DNA from: a virus
Direction: 5' to 3' (one strand)
Length of the DNA stretch: 64,000 nucleotides
IMG/VR virus record: IMGVR_UViG_3300035695_000001
Span: 32,001 to 96,000 of that record
The position numbers were made by a program, and so were the translations under genes. This document shows positions 36,884 to 48,449 of the stretch, piece after piece. The notes under the pieces are model-generated. The model had not been told where the DNA came from, did no database searches, and saw only the letters and a program-made list of their open reading frames with translations. The number at the start of each line of letters is the position of its first letter. Position 1 is the stretch's first letter.

Positions 36884-37905
36884 CAGGTGTCGTCCTCCAG
36901 TGGCGCGGCGGGGAAGACCCGGTCGAGCACGTCGAGCGGCCCTCGCGGGTCACCGTCGTCCACCACGTTGATCCCAACCAGGAGGTCCCCTGGCTGCTCG
37001 TTCGGCGCAGGGGTCGGCAGGCCGATCTCCTCGTAGACGGTCATGGACAGGGTCACGGCTGGGAAGCCTCGGAGTGCTGGCTGGTCAGACCCGGTCGCGC
37101 CAGGGATGGGCCCCACCAGCTCGAACTTGGACTGGCCGGCCATGATGCCGAGCCCGGCCAACTTGAGCAGGACGGCGATGCTCTGGTCCGCCTCGTGCTG
37201 TGGGTGGTGCCCGATGGAGAAGGCCCGCATGAGCGTCCCCTCGACCGAGGGGAAGAACCCGTAGCGGTCTTGCCAGGCGCCTGGAACGAGGATCTGGTTG
37301 GCCACGTACGCGACCTTCACCGTCGAGGTCCGGAGGTCTTGGACCGTGGACCAGTTCTCGACCTTGCCGCTCTCGCGCCAGACGAAGAGGGCGGGCAATT
37401 TCGGGATCCCGTCCTTCGCCTGCCCGAGGTAGCCGCAGATGGCCGATCCGTCGGTCTGGTGGTTGGCGTTGAAGGTCGGATCCGACGCCTGCGGGGGCAG
37501 GGGCCCGGAGCCCACCAGCGACGTGGTCCCTCCGGTGCTGTAGAGCACGACGATTCTGGTGTCCGGCGCGTTGCCGATGGGCGCTGGCCCCACCAGCACG
37601 TACTGCCCGGCGGACACCGTCAGCCCCTGCGACCACGTCGCGTAGCCGGAGACCCCGGTGCCCTCCTGGAGACCCCTCACGAAGAAGGCGGAGGGGCGCT
37701 TGAAGGGGTCGTAGTAGTGGGTCGCGATGACGGCAACCGGGGCCATCCCGTTCCGGTTCTGGAACTTCGGGTTGAGGTCCGTGGCGAGCCAGACGTTGAC
37801 GTAGGCCGCGATCCCCTCGACGACCAAGTCACCGAACGCCGAGTCCATCGCCCCCGGGGGGATGGGGTACTGCTGCGGGCCGATGTTGGAGGCGGGAGAG
37901 GGCAT
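36883..37905 (-). CDS. tail terminator/neck protein with inserted beta module
   Basis: Position; LPALFVWR; insert TWSQG...GQYV...GGTT...P...TDGS..C.YLG. Confidence 0.55.
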   Translation of the reverse strand: MPSPASNIGPQQYPIPPGAMDSAFGDLVVEGIAAYVNVWLATDLNPKFQNRNGMAPVAVIATHYYDPFKRPSAFFVRGLQEGTGVSGYATWSQGLTVSAGQYVLVGPAPIGNAPDTRIVVLYSTGGTTSLVGSGPLPPQASDPTFNANHQTDGSAICGYLGQAKDGIPKLPALFVWRESGKVENWSTVQDLRTSTVKVAYVANQILVPGAWQDRYGFFPSVEGTLMRAFSIGHHPQHEADQSIAVLLKLAGLGIMAGQSKFELVGPIPGATGSDQPALRGFPAVTLSMTVYEEIGLPTPAPNEQPGDLLVGINVVDDGDPRGPLDVLDRVFPAAPLEDDT

Positions 37906-37909
37906 CGAT

Positions 37910-38341
37910 CTACAGGCTCGCCGGCATGCCGAGCACGGGGACGCCGCGCCGGATCAGTTCCACCTGGAGGCTGAGCCACACCGTCCGCTCGCCCTTGGCC
38001 ATGGTCTCCTGCGCGGGGGTCCTAGGCACCATCGCTGACTCCAGCCGGTAGACGATGTCGCAGGGCTTGCCGGTCGGGTGGGCCTTCAGCCACTTGCGGA
38101 TCGCCCGGCCAACGGCGACCCCCTCGATGACCGTCGGTCCAGGAACGTCCAGCCAGGTGGCCACCTCGGCAGACGCCTCGCTCCACTCCAGGACGCCGAT
38201 GAGGCTGTCGGTGGCCTTCACCTCGGGCGCTCCGAGCCTGCGTGCGAGGCGCTGCGCGAGGGTCGACTTCCCCGAACGTGGGCCACCGACGACAGCAGCG
38301 CGAACGCGGGTCCTGGGCGGTGGAGGAGCGAGGAGGAGCAT
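37910..38341 (-). CDS. small P-loop NTPase/kinase-like protein
   Basis: VVGGPRSGKSTLA Walker A; TD, VIEGV. Confidence 0.8.
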   Translation of the reverse strand: MLLLAPPPPRTRVRAAVVGGPRSGKSTLAQRLARRLGAPEVKATDSLIGVLEWSEASAEVATWLDVPGPTVIEGVAVGRAIRKWLKAHPTGKPCDIVYRLESAMVPRTPAQETMAKGERTVWLSLQVELIRRGVPVLGMPASL

Positions 38342-38353
38342 TCCATCATTGGA

Positions 38354-38851
38354 TCAGAAGGGCACACGCCTGTCCACGGACACGAGGTCCAAGGTGTAGT
38401 GGAGCATCTTCTCGGTCTTCACCCCGCGAGGCCCGACGCAGTAAGCGCGTGGACCCTGTGGCCAGCCTAGAAGGTACAGGTACTCGAACCCTGGCGCCTC
38501 ACTCGGTACGAGTTGCTCGACGGTGAACCCGCCGACCTGGGTCACCCCATCTTGGGCGAACCAGGCCGGCGTGATCCACTTGACAGTCACCGATGGGTCG
38601 CCGGCTGTCCCCTCGACGTGGGTGTTTTGGAGGACACCGTTGACGTCGTAGTGCCCGACCTGGAGGTCTGGGTAGGGAACCGGAACTCCAGTGTCGATCC
38701 GGTTCCCCCCGTCCGCTGCCGTCCAGAGCCATGACTTGAGCGTCACCGGCACCTGGTGGAGTCCCAGCACGCCGGGCACGTTCGCGCGGATCAGCGCCAC
38801 GACTGGGCGCAGGATCTGCGGGAGGAGCCCGGTCGGCGGTCCCTGTGGCAT
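38354..38851 (-). CDS. head closure/head-tail joining protein
   Basis: Position and size; beta-rich, ITP motif. Confidence 0.5.
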   Translation of the reverse strand: MPQGPPTGLLPQILRPVVALIRANVPGVLGLHQVPVTLKSWLWTAADGGNRIDTGVPVPYPDLQVGHYDVNGVLQNTHVEGTAGDPSVTVKWITPAWFAQDGVTQVGGFTVEQLVPSEAPGFEYLYLLGWPQGPRAYCVGPRGVKTEKMLHYTLDLVSVDRRVPF

Positions 38852-38861
38852 GGTCCTGTCG

Positions 38862-40946
<2,085 letters not shown>

Positions 40947-40976
40947 GGGTGGTCTCCAGAACGGAAGGGGGATGGT

Positions 40977-41372
40977 TCAGCCAGCCGTCTGGCGCAGGCC
41001 GGGAAAGGCCCCTGCCGACGGGTCGTACTTGGGCGCCGAGAACACGTCGTTGCGGACGGGCATGTTGAGGGCGTGCGAGAGCTGGGCGACGTACATCCGG
41101 CCCTCGATACAGCGACCGATGACGCCGCGTGGGACGTCGATCGCAGACTCGTCAGCGCTACCGACCTCGTGGACAGCGCGGAACGTCGCGATGCCGGCCA
41201 TGATGGCATCGAGCGTGGTCAGGTAGCCGACGATCAGTGCCTCGGTCGCGCCTCCGTCGGGGAGATTGGCCAGCGCCTGGAACTGCCCTTCCAAGACCGG
41301 GTCGGTCTGGCTGTAGAGCAGCGAGTAGCCGAGGTAGCGCCGAATGGACGCCTTCTGCGCGAACGACAGCAT
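40977..41372 (-). CDS. head-tail connector/adaptor
   Basis: K..IRRYLGY N-terminus, helical, downstream of MCP. Confidence 0.65.
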   Translation of the reverse strand: MLSFAQKASIRRYLGYSLLYSQTDPVLEGQFQALANLPDGGATEALIVGYLTTLDAIMAGIATFRAVHEVGSADESAIDVPRGVIGRCIEGRMYVAQLSHALNMPVRNDVFSAPKYDPSAGAFPGLRQTAG

Positions 41373-41375
41373 CGG

Positions 41376-41600
41376 CTACTCCTCGGCGGGTTGTGGGGCC
41401 TTCTCCGGAGCCGTGAACTCGGGGCACTTGCAGCCGGCCACCGTGCAGCGGCCCGTCCGCATGGCGTGCTTGGCCTGCGTGTGCTTGCACCCGACCGGAT
41501 GCCGGCACTTGGTTCGCGGGTGGACGACGGGGACCACCGACGGAGCCGCATGCTCATCGGCCCGCGCCGTGGTGGGCTGAGGCTCTGCCGGCTCGGTCAG
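41376..41600 (-). CDS. small zinc-finger protein (start uncertain)
   Basis: C....C.H....H.....C....C.C..F. Confidence 0.5.
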   Translation of the reverse strand: MTEPAEPQPTTARADEHAAPSVVPVVHPRTKCRHPVGCKHTQAKHAMRTGRCTVAGCKCPEFTAPEKAPQPAEE

Positions 41601-42301
41601 CCGGCCTCGGCTTTTGGGGCCTCCGCCTCCGCCTTGGCCTTGACGAGCGCCGCTTCCAGTTCGCGGATGCGCCGCTCGGAGGCGTCCTTCTCGGCGTCCT
41701 TGGCGGCGACCTTGGCGGCGAGTTCCTTGGCCTCGGCGTCCTGCCTGTCCATGCGGGCCTGGATGGCGGCCAGAGCGTCGAGGCTCACCGGCTCGCCGAC
41801 GACGCCGTGCCCCTTCAACTTGGCCTCGGCGACGCCCTGCTCGTGGGAGCGGACGAGCGAGAAGTGGACGTCGGGGGGGGGCGCCCCCATCTTGACCAGC
41901 AGCGGCGCGTGGCCGCCGATCACGATGCCCGTGCGGTCCGTCGTCTGGATGGCGCGGTCGTACTCGGAGGACAGCGCGACCGACTCCCCAGGCTTGATCT
42001 CGACGTGCTGCCACGCCGTCTTGGCTGGCCCAGGCCCCTTGAAGAGCTTGAACTTGACGGTCTGGTCGGTCGTGTTCTTCCAGACGGTCGTGCCCACGGC
42101 GGTCACGCCACCGGACACGCGGAGTTGCTCGTTGCTGGCCCGGAGGCGGTCGTTCTCGGCCCGAAGCCGTTGCAGTTCGTCGGTGTACTCGGACATGGTC
42201 GTACCTGGTTCTGGGAGAAAGGTGGCCGCGTCGACCGCAGCGAGGCTGGCTCGCGCCGCCTCGCCCATGGCCTCCGCGATCTTGAGCAGTTCAGGGCGCA
42301 C
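41597..42301 (-). CDS. post-MCP head-associated protein (alternative start 42196)
   Basis: Directly after MCP; beta domain W.NTTD..V.FKLF plus coiled coil. Confidence 0.7.
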   Translation of the reverse strand: MRPELLKIAEAMGEAARASLAAVDAATFLPEPGTTMSEYTDELQRLRAENDRLRASNEQLRVSGGVTAVGTTVWKNTTDQTVKFKLFKGPGPAKTAWQHVEIKPGESVALSSEYDRAIQTTDRTGIVIGGHAPLLVKMGAPPPDVHFSLVRSHEQGVAEAKLKGHGVVGEPVSLDALAAIQARMDRQDAEAKELAAKVAAKDAEKDASERRIRELEAALVKAKAEAEAPKAEAG

Positions 42302-42307
42302 GCGACA

Positions 42308-43372
42308 TCACGAGGGGGAGATGTCGGCGATGTACCCGTTGGCGTTGGGGTGCTCGACGCGAAGCTGGACGCGGACCCACACGTTGATGGGGTACGAATC
42401 GCCGTTCTTCGGGAGCACCTCGACGCGGAGTTGGAGGTTGACGGGCTGCTGGGTGTCGCCCGGCCCGAGGCCGGTGCCGCCGAACGCGGTCATGTCCTCG
42501 CCGAGCGTCTCGAACATCTCGGGGATGGCGCGGGGCAGGGCCTGAAGCTCGATCGTGTCGTTGTTGAGCATGATGAGCTTGTCGGCCGGGCAGGAGATGT
42601 CCGGCTCCAGCGGGATGTTGTTCCAGAAGAGCTTCTGGGTGCCGGCGCCGAACTGCTGCGGCATCTCGCCCGCGGTCTGCACGCGCTGGATCGGCGTGAA
42701 GAGGCTCTGGTACTTGGAGTGGACGGCGTACGAGCAGAGGATCCGGGTGGGCTCGCGGCCGGAGTTGGTCAGGATCTGCTGGTAGAGGGCCTGGAGCAGC
42801 GCCAGCGTGAGGGGGCGCGGGGTGCCGCCGTTGCTGAGCACGTTGCCGGCCCAGCCGGGGTAGGTGGAGCGGGAGATCCCGGCGTAGCTGCCGGACAGTT
42901 CCAGCGCGCCACCGAGCACACCGATCAGGTTCTGGTTGCCGTTCCCGTCGGTGCCGGTGCCGGTGTAGAAGTCGTCGTTGATGAGCTTGATCAGCCGGGA
43001 GATGGCGCCGCCGATCTTGGCGTCGAAGAGCCGCATCAGGATGTCGGGAGACCCGGGGCTCGTGGCCGCGGCGTCGACCGCGAGTCCCTCGATCTTGGTC
43101 GGGGCGCGGTAGTTGGCCCAGGCCAGGGTCGCCGGCACGTCGGGGTCGTAGGTGAACTCCGAGGAGCTCACGTCCGAACCCGGCGCGAACGCGGCGGCCG
43201 GGGTCTCGGTGGTGGGGAACTCCGCGTCCCACGGCACGTTCTTGCCAGCCCCATCCACGATCTTGACGCCTTGGAGGGCGACGACCTTGCGGTTCCACTG
43301 GAACGCGAGGACACGGTTGAAGAGCTGGCTGAGCGCCGGGCTCAGAACGGACAGGGTGTCGATGTTGGACAT
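42308..43372 (-). CDS. major capsid protein (HK97 fold)
   Basis: 354 aa after scaffold, GGAG RBS; D.Y.G.G, YAGISRS.Y..W, L.V.HPNA.G.I.DI. Confidence 0.9.
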   Translation of the reverse strand: MSNIDTLSVLSPALSQLFNRVLAFQWNRKVVALQGVKIVDGAGKNVPWDAEFPTTETPAAAFAPGSDVSSSEFTYDPDVPATLAWANYRAPTKIEGLAVDAAATSPGSPDILMRLFDAKIGGAISRLIKLINDDFYTGTGTDGNGNQNLIGVLGGALELSGSYAGISRSTYPGWAGNVLSNGGTPRPLTLALLQALYQQILTNSGREPTRILCSYAVHSKYQSLFTPIQRVQTAGEMPQQFGAGTQKLFWNNIPLEPDISCPADKLIMLNNDTIELQALPRAIPEMFETLGEDMTAFGGTGLGPGDTQQPVNLQLRVEVLPKNGDSYPINVWVRVQLRVEHPNANGYIADISPS

Positions 43373-43421
43373 GGGGATGGGGTCTCCGGTTGTTGCTCAG
43401 CCGGCAGGAACGCCCTGCGAC

Positions 43422-44321
43422 TCAGCCGATGAGGGTCTTGACGAGGCCGGCTTTGACCGCCTCGCGCATCTTGTCTTCGGGCTTGGTGGGCTGCGGCGGC
43501 GCACGCCGCCCACGGATGGGGCTCCCACCGCTGCCACCTGGATCGATGGGCGGGAGGATCGCCTCGGCCTCCGGCGTCTTCGCCCACTTTTTGAGGCCCT
43601 TATCGATGGGCTGCTCCTCGCCGTCGTCGTCGATGTAGACGAGCTTGGAGCCCTTGCCGCCGTCGTCGTAGGCGATGCGCCCGTCGGTCTTGAGCACCGT
43701 CCACGCCAGCTTGACGCGCACCGGGTCCTTGACGCCGATGTGCTCGGAGATGGCGTCCTTGGCCCTCGTGACGAGTGCCTCGGACCGGCGCTCGGTTTCC
43801 GCCTGCTCGCGGGCCTTGCGCTCTTCGGAGGCGATCTTGGCGGCCTCCTTGGTGGCCTTCTTCTGCTCCTCCAGGGCCTTCTTCTGCTCCTCCAGCAGCG
43901 CCTGCCCCTTGGCCTGCTCCTCGCGCAGGGCGAGGAACTCGGGGTGCTTGCTGAGGTCCACCGGGGCGAGGGGCTGCTCCCCATCCTTGGGCTTCGCGGC
44001 CGTCCCGGCGAGCGCCGCGATGCGATCGTCCATGGACTTGGTGACCTTGGTCAGGCGCTCGTCGAGAGCCTTGGTGAACCTCTCGGCGAGCGTCTCCCCG
44101 TGGGTCGCCAGTTCCTGCTCGCGCTCGGTCTTGTACTGGGCAGCGCGCTCGGCCCGCTTCGCCTCCGCCTCCTTCTCCCGCTTGGTGAAGGCGGCATGTG
44201 CCGCCTGGTTGGCAGCCGCGGTCGCCTTTTCCTCCGCCGTCTTGGCGGCGAGCGCCGTGACCTCGTCCGCGGAGAGGGTCTTGTTCTGGTTCTGCCCCGG
44301 AGGGGTGATCGGATCGGCCAT
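43422..44321 (-). CDS. capsid scaffolding protein
   Basis: Charged coiled coil directly before MCP; GGSGG near C-terminus. Confidence 0.8.
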   Translation of the reverse strand: MADPITPPGQNQNKTLSADEVTALAAKTAEEKATAAANQAAHAAFTKREKEAEAKRAERAAQYKTEREQELATHGETLAERFTKALDERLTKVTKSMDDRIAALAGTAAKPKDGEQPLAPVDLSKHPEFLALREEQAKGQALLEEQKKALEEQKKATKEAAKIASEERKAREQAETERRSEALVTRAKDAISEHIGVKDPVRVKLAWTVLKTDGRIAYDDGGKGSKLVYIDDDGEEQPIDKGLKKWAKTPEAEAILPPIDPGGSGGSPIRGRRAPPQPTKPEDKMREAVKAGLVKTLIG

Positions 44322-44527
44322 GGGTCTCCGTTCCAGCGTTGGCTCGCGCTGGCTCGTAAATCGGTCTGGTTCGGCAGCAGAGCGCGGTACCGACACCCGC
44401 GCGTGCTGTGCGGCTTCAGGGCGCCGCAGCCCAACCCGGCGAGGTCCGGGAGCCCATCGGTGGTGCTGCTACTGCGATGCGTGGTCAGGCACCGACAAGC
44501 CTGGCCATGCGGTCCGGCCGAAGCCGG

Positions 44528-45076
44528 TCAGCTCTTGCTCTTGGTGGTGCCGCCCATGTTCTTGTAGACCACCATGACGGCGCCATACGGCGCGGAGTAG
44601 CGATCCCAGTAAGGCATCACCGCCTCCTTGGCCTTCTCCCATGTGCTCTCGTCCTCGATGAACGACGGCGGGTTGTCTGGGCGCTCTGGGTTCGACGGAT
44701 CCTTCTCGACCCAGGCCCGTTCCTCGTCCGAGAGCCCGGCCATCAGGTCGGCGTCTTCGAGCCGACTCGCACCGCTCACTTGCTGGGCGTGCATGTCGTA
44801 CCAGGGGTCCCCAGGCTGGAACGTGGGCACGTAGCCGACGTAGGCAACGGGGTCCTGGCCGACCTGCTCGTAGGCCAGGAAGCGGTGGTGCCCGTCGGGG
44901 ATGTGGTGGACGCCGTCGGGGGTCTCGACGAGCACCATCGGTTGGAGTTTGCCGCCAGCCTGGAGCGTGGCGACGAAGTGTGCGACGCGGTCGGGCTCCT
45001 TGGTCGCCGTCCACGTCTCGCGGTCACGGGTGTCTACCGTGTGGATCGGTACGATCTTGGGGCCACACCATTCCAT
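44528..45076 (-). CDS. ParB/Srx N-terminal domain protein with ChaB-like C-terminal helix
   Basis: PMVLV...IPDGHHR..A; DE..WEKAK.......YG.V..VYK.MGG. Confidence 0.75.
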   Translation of the reverse strand: MEWCGPKIVPIHTVDTRDRETWTATKEPDRVAHFVATLQAGGKLQPMVLVETPDGVHHIPDGHHRFLAYEQVGQDPVAYVGYVPTFQPGDPWYDMHAQQVSGASRLEDADLMAGLSDEERAWVEKDPSNPERPDNPPSFIEDESTWEKAKEAVMPYWDRYSAPYGAVMVVYKNMGGTTKSKS

Positions 45077-45079
45077 GGG

Positions 45080-45715
45080 TCAGCCCTTCACCTTCACGCC
45101 CGTCGCCCGGCCCGCGAACGGAGCGCCGCCAGTGGCGCGCTTCACGATCCGGTCGTCCAGTTCATCGTCGTCGTACTCGCCACGCATGTGCCTGTTCATG
45201 TCTGGCGACCCGAACCGCCACGCATCGACCGGCGTGTAGTGCATGGCCTCGTTCTCTGGATGCGCTGGTCGTGCATCGGCAGGGAGGTGGTCGACCTTCT
45301 CCACCTTGATCGCGCGGAACGGGTCGTGCGCCACCATCGACATCAGCCGACCCATCTCTGCTCGCTGCGCTGCGTCTCCGCCAGCGGCAGCGTGGTGGTC
45401 GAACTCGAACTGGATCGCAGTAAGATCGACTTTGAATACACCGTCCGCCGTCTGCACGTAGTTGAGGAAGTGGCCAGGCACCGACCCGACGTAGGCGTCA
45501 AACCCGTTCGCCTTCGCGACCGTGGCGAAAGCATCTGATGTCGCGCCGCACTGGCGCACTGACTTCGTCAGCAGGATGTGCTTGTGGACGAAGTAGGGGA
45601 CCTCTTTGTTGAGGAATGAATCCAGATCCGCAGAGGACTTCTGGTCCCCGCCGCCTTCGCTTCCACCGCTTGTCCACTGTCCGTTGGCGGCGCGCGCCTG
45701 CTCCTGGCTGCCCAT
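45080..45715 (-). CDS. papain/transglutaminase-fold protein with head-morphogenesis-type leader
   Basis: Q.RAANGQWTSGG leader; QC...S / GHF / VDLT..QF Cys-His-Asp triad. Confidence 0.6.
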   Translation of the reverse strand: MGSQEQARAANGQWTSGGSEGGGDQKSSADLDSFLNKEVPYFVHKHILLTKSVRQCGATSDAFATVAKANGFDAYVGSVPGHFLNYVQTADGVFKVDLTAIQFEFDHHAAAGGDAAQRAEMGRLMSMVAHDPFRAIKVEKVDHLPADARPAHPENEAMHYTPVDAWRFGSPDMNRHMRGEYDDDELDDRIVKRATGGAPFAGRATGVKVKG

Positions 45716-45717
45716 GG

Positions 45718-46398
45718 TCAGACCCGCAGCACGCCGTCAGCGCCACGCTGGATCTCGGAGCCGTCGGTCACGAACCTGGAGGCTCGACCAGCCTCCGGTG
45801 CCGGCGCGGCCTTGCCCATCGGGTCGGAGCGCACCCAGGCGATGGCCTCTGGCGGGAAGTCTTCGGCGAGTTGCTCGTAGACGTCCTCTTGCGCTTGCTC
45901 CGATGTGGGCAAGCCTGCGTCGACCTTCCACGACCACTTGAGCACCGCGCTCTGGATCGTCATGACGTCGTTGGCCGCCGCCTGCATCCCGAGCGCGAGC
46001 AGATCCTTGATGGCCTGCTCCGCCAGCGCGAGCCAGGCCGACGAGCGGTTGACCACCAGCGCCCCGAGCACGCAGCCCTCGACGACCCCGCTTGGCCACG
46101 GGCGGAGCCTGGTGCTGGCCGCCAGTTCCTCGACGGAGCCAGACGACTGGCCGCCCAGTTGCTCGACCAACTCGGCAAGGGTGTCCGCGTATCCGTCGAG
46201 CGCCTCGGCGTAGTCCCCGATCAGCCGGTGCAGCGCCACCGCCTCGCACCCGCGAACACGGTGGTGTCCCGCATAGATCCCGGCCCTGAGCACCTGTACG
46301 TCGATGCTCAGCCCGTCCAGGATGGCGACCGCGCTCCGTCGCACGTCGTCGTCGAAGTGCCGCATCGGGGAGCGGCGGAGGATGGGCGGTTGGGCCAT
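45718..46398 (-). CDS. ferritin/Dps-like protein
   Basis: H..VRG.....LH.L..DY........D.LAE...QLGG, W.W C-terminal helix. Confidence 0.7.
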   Translation of the reverse strand: MAQPPILRRSPMRHFDDDVRRSAVAILDGLSIDVQVLRAGIYAGHHRVRGCEAVALHRLIGDYAEALDGYADTLAELVEQLGGQSSGSVEELAASTRLRPWPSGVVEGCVLGALVVNRSSAWLALAEQAIKDLLALGMQAAANDVMTIQSAVLKWSWKVDAGLPTSEQAQEDVYEQLAEDFPPEAIAWVRSDPMGKAAPAPEAGRASRFVTDGSEIQRGADGVLRV

Positions 46399-46401
46399 GA
46401 G

Positions 46402-48327
46402 TCAGGGTCCGGCTGGCGTGGGTGCGCCTGGGCGCGGCGGTGGAGTCTTGGCCGGTGGCGGCTGAGCCTTGCCAGCGGGCACGGCCGGCTTGCCTGGTTG
46501 GGCAGTGGGCCCCTTGCTCGGCGCGGCGGGAGCCTTGGCTGCCGCCTTCGCCTTGGCGGTCTGAGCCAGCGCCGCGGGGGACGGAGGAGGGGGGCGCCTG
46601 GGAGGGGTCGGACCCACGGGCCGCTGTGCCGCAGTTGGAGCGACCTTCGCCGCACCGGGGGACGGAAGCCCCTGCTGCTGGGCCAGCGCCGCAGCCTGAG
46701 CAGCGGCGTCTGCCTTCGCCTGCTCTGCGTCAGCGGCGGCCTGTTCCAGGTGGGCCTTCAGTTCCCCGATGATCGTGGTCATCGTCTGCTGCGAGACGCC
46801 TGGGAGCCACTTGCGGAACCACCACGACCAGTATTCGGCCTTGGCTGTCCCGCTGGGGAGATCCATCGGAGAGCCAGGACCGGCACCGAGGATCTGGACG
46901 GCCTCGCCGAGGAGCGCGGCACGGTCCTCGTCTGGGTCGAACTGGTCCAGACCGTGGACCGCCCACTTGACGTTCTCGCCGCGGGCGTCGGAGATGATCT
47001 CGTAGACCCTGCGCGCAGCGTCCCGAAGGATGGCGGCCAGGGCCTTGAGCACCACGCAGAAGTCGTTGTTGTCGGCTGACTTGCTCTCCCCAGACCGGCC
47101 CAGCGCGGTGGACGTGTTGGAGATCGACGCGGCCATCTTGCCGGTGACCCGGAAGATTTCGTCCGTCAGGTCTTGGAGTTGGGTGGCGACGATCTGGAAC
47201 GGGGCGGTATCCGGCCCCTCGAAGGCGAGTTTGTCGCCCTGGGCCAGGACCACGAACCCCTTCGACTCGTACTGCTTCTTTGGGTCATCGCCGCGGGACT
47301 GCTGCTGGGCGACGTCGGCTGGGAGCGGGCCGTGGAAGGCCCCGGTCTGCGGGCCCAGATAGACCACCGGGATCGTGATCAGGCTGCGCTGCTGGGCGGC
47401 GAGGAGTTCGGACCGGCGCCGCCACAGTTCCAGGCAGAGGAGGCCGGCGAGGTTCCCCAGCCAGAGAGTGTCCGGCAGTTCGATCTCGACGATGGGGATC
47501 TCACGGAACGTCGTCGGGCCGGACTGCTCGGCGATCTCGACCTCGACTTCCGGCTGTGGCTTCTTCCCCTTGACGATGGGGACGTTGTACGTCGTCCAGG
47601 TGACCTGGCCGTTCTCGTCGAGGTTCCAAACCTTGTAGACCTCGACTGGGTTGTCGACGGGGTCCTCTGGGGTGGCCCGGCGGGTCTCGATCTTCCTGGT
47701 GATGCACCAGGAGAAGCGACCGACCGTGAAGCGAGCGGTGCCACCACCGTCCAGCGGAACCGCTTGCCGGACCTGGTCGTGGTACTCCCACCAGAGCATC
47801 TCCTCCGGTGGCATCTCGTACACGTACGGCTGCCCGAGCCCAGCCGACTTGGAGTCCGCCCGGTTCTTCGGGGCCGGGCCAGTGTTGGCCGGGAAGTCTA
47901 CCGCGATCAGCGCCCGCTTCTTGACCAGCGCGGTACGCAGCGTGTCCTGGAGCACGCCCACGAAACTGGTCCCGCGAAGGTCGGCGTCGTCGGAGAGCGC
48001 CTCGTACACCTCTGGCTCGGGGACTTCCCCTGGGGTGTTGGGGTCGTCAGCGTCTCCCGCCGGGGTGACGGAGACCGGCCCAGAGAACATCGCCGAGGCG
48101 TACTGGTTGACGATCTGGCCAAGGTAGCCGACGTAGCCCGCCAGATCCTTCCGCGCCTTGTAGCGTTCTGGACTCTCGCCTGGCGCTTTCTTCAGGTACT
48201 TGTCGACGTTCTCCTGGATCTGGATGCCGCCGCAGTAGAGGTCGTCCAGCGTCTCCCACCAGGCAGCATCGTAGCCGCGACAACCGTCGGACTTGCCGCG
48301 CTTGGCAGAGAGGAGGCCGTACTTCAC
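46402..48327 (-). CDS. portal protein
   Basis: W....DLY.GG......YL.K..GE....Y..R...A.Y, SGESK..D; Pro/Ala-rich tail. Confidence 0.85.
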   Translation of the reverse strand: MKYGLLSAKRGKSDGCRGYDAAWWETLDDLYCGGIQIQENVDKYLKKAPGESPERYKARKDLAGYVGYLGQIVNQYASAMFSGPVSVTPAGDADDPNTPGEVPEPEVYEALSDDADLRGTSFVGVLQDTLRTALVKKRALIAVDFPANTGPAPKNRADSKSAGLGQPYVYEMPPEEMLWWEYHDQVRQAVPLDGGGTARFTVGRFSWCITRKIETRRATPEDPVDNPVEVYKVWNLDENGQVTWTTYNVPIVKGKKPQPEVEVEIAEQSGPTTFREIPIVEIELPDTLWLGNLAGLLCLELWRRRSELLAAQQRSLITIPVVYLGPQTGAFHGPLPADVAQQQSRGDDPKKQYESKGFVVLAQGDKLAFEGPDTAPFQIVATQLQDLTDEIFRVTGKMAASISNTSTALGRSGESKSADNNDFCVVLKALAAILRDAARRVYEIISDARGENVKWAVHGLDQFDPDEDRAALLGEAVQILGAGPGSPMDLPSGTAKAEYWSWWFRKWLPGVSQQTMTTIIGELKAHLEQAAADAEQAKADAAAQAAALAQQQGLPSPGAAKVAPTAAQRPVGPTPPRRPPPPSPAALAQTAKAKAAAKAPAAPSKGPTAQPGKPAVPAGKAQPPPAKTPPPRPGAPTPAGP

Positions 48328-48449
48328 TGGGTCAGGTGTCGAAGAGGACAGTCACGCGGGCGCCATGGGATGGGGGCGTCCGGTCGCTCGCGTGACCTTG
48401 ACGAAGGATGCCCCCGTTTTTGGCCTGTTGCAGCGGCGGTTTGCGGCGA

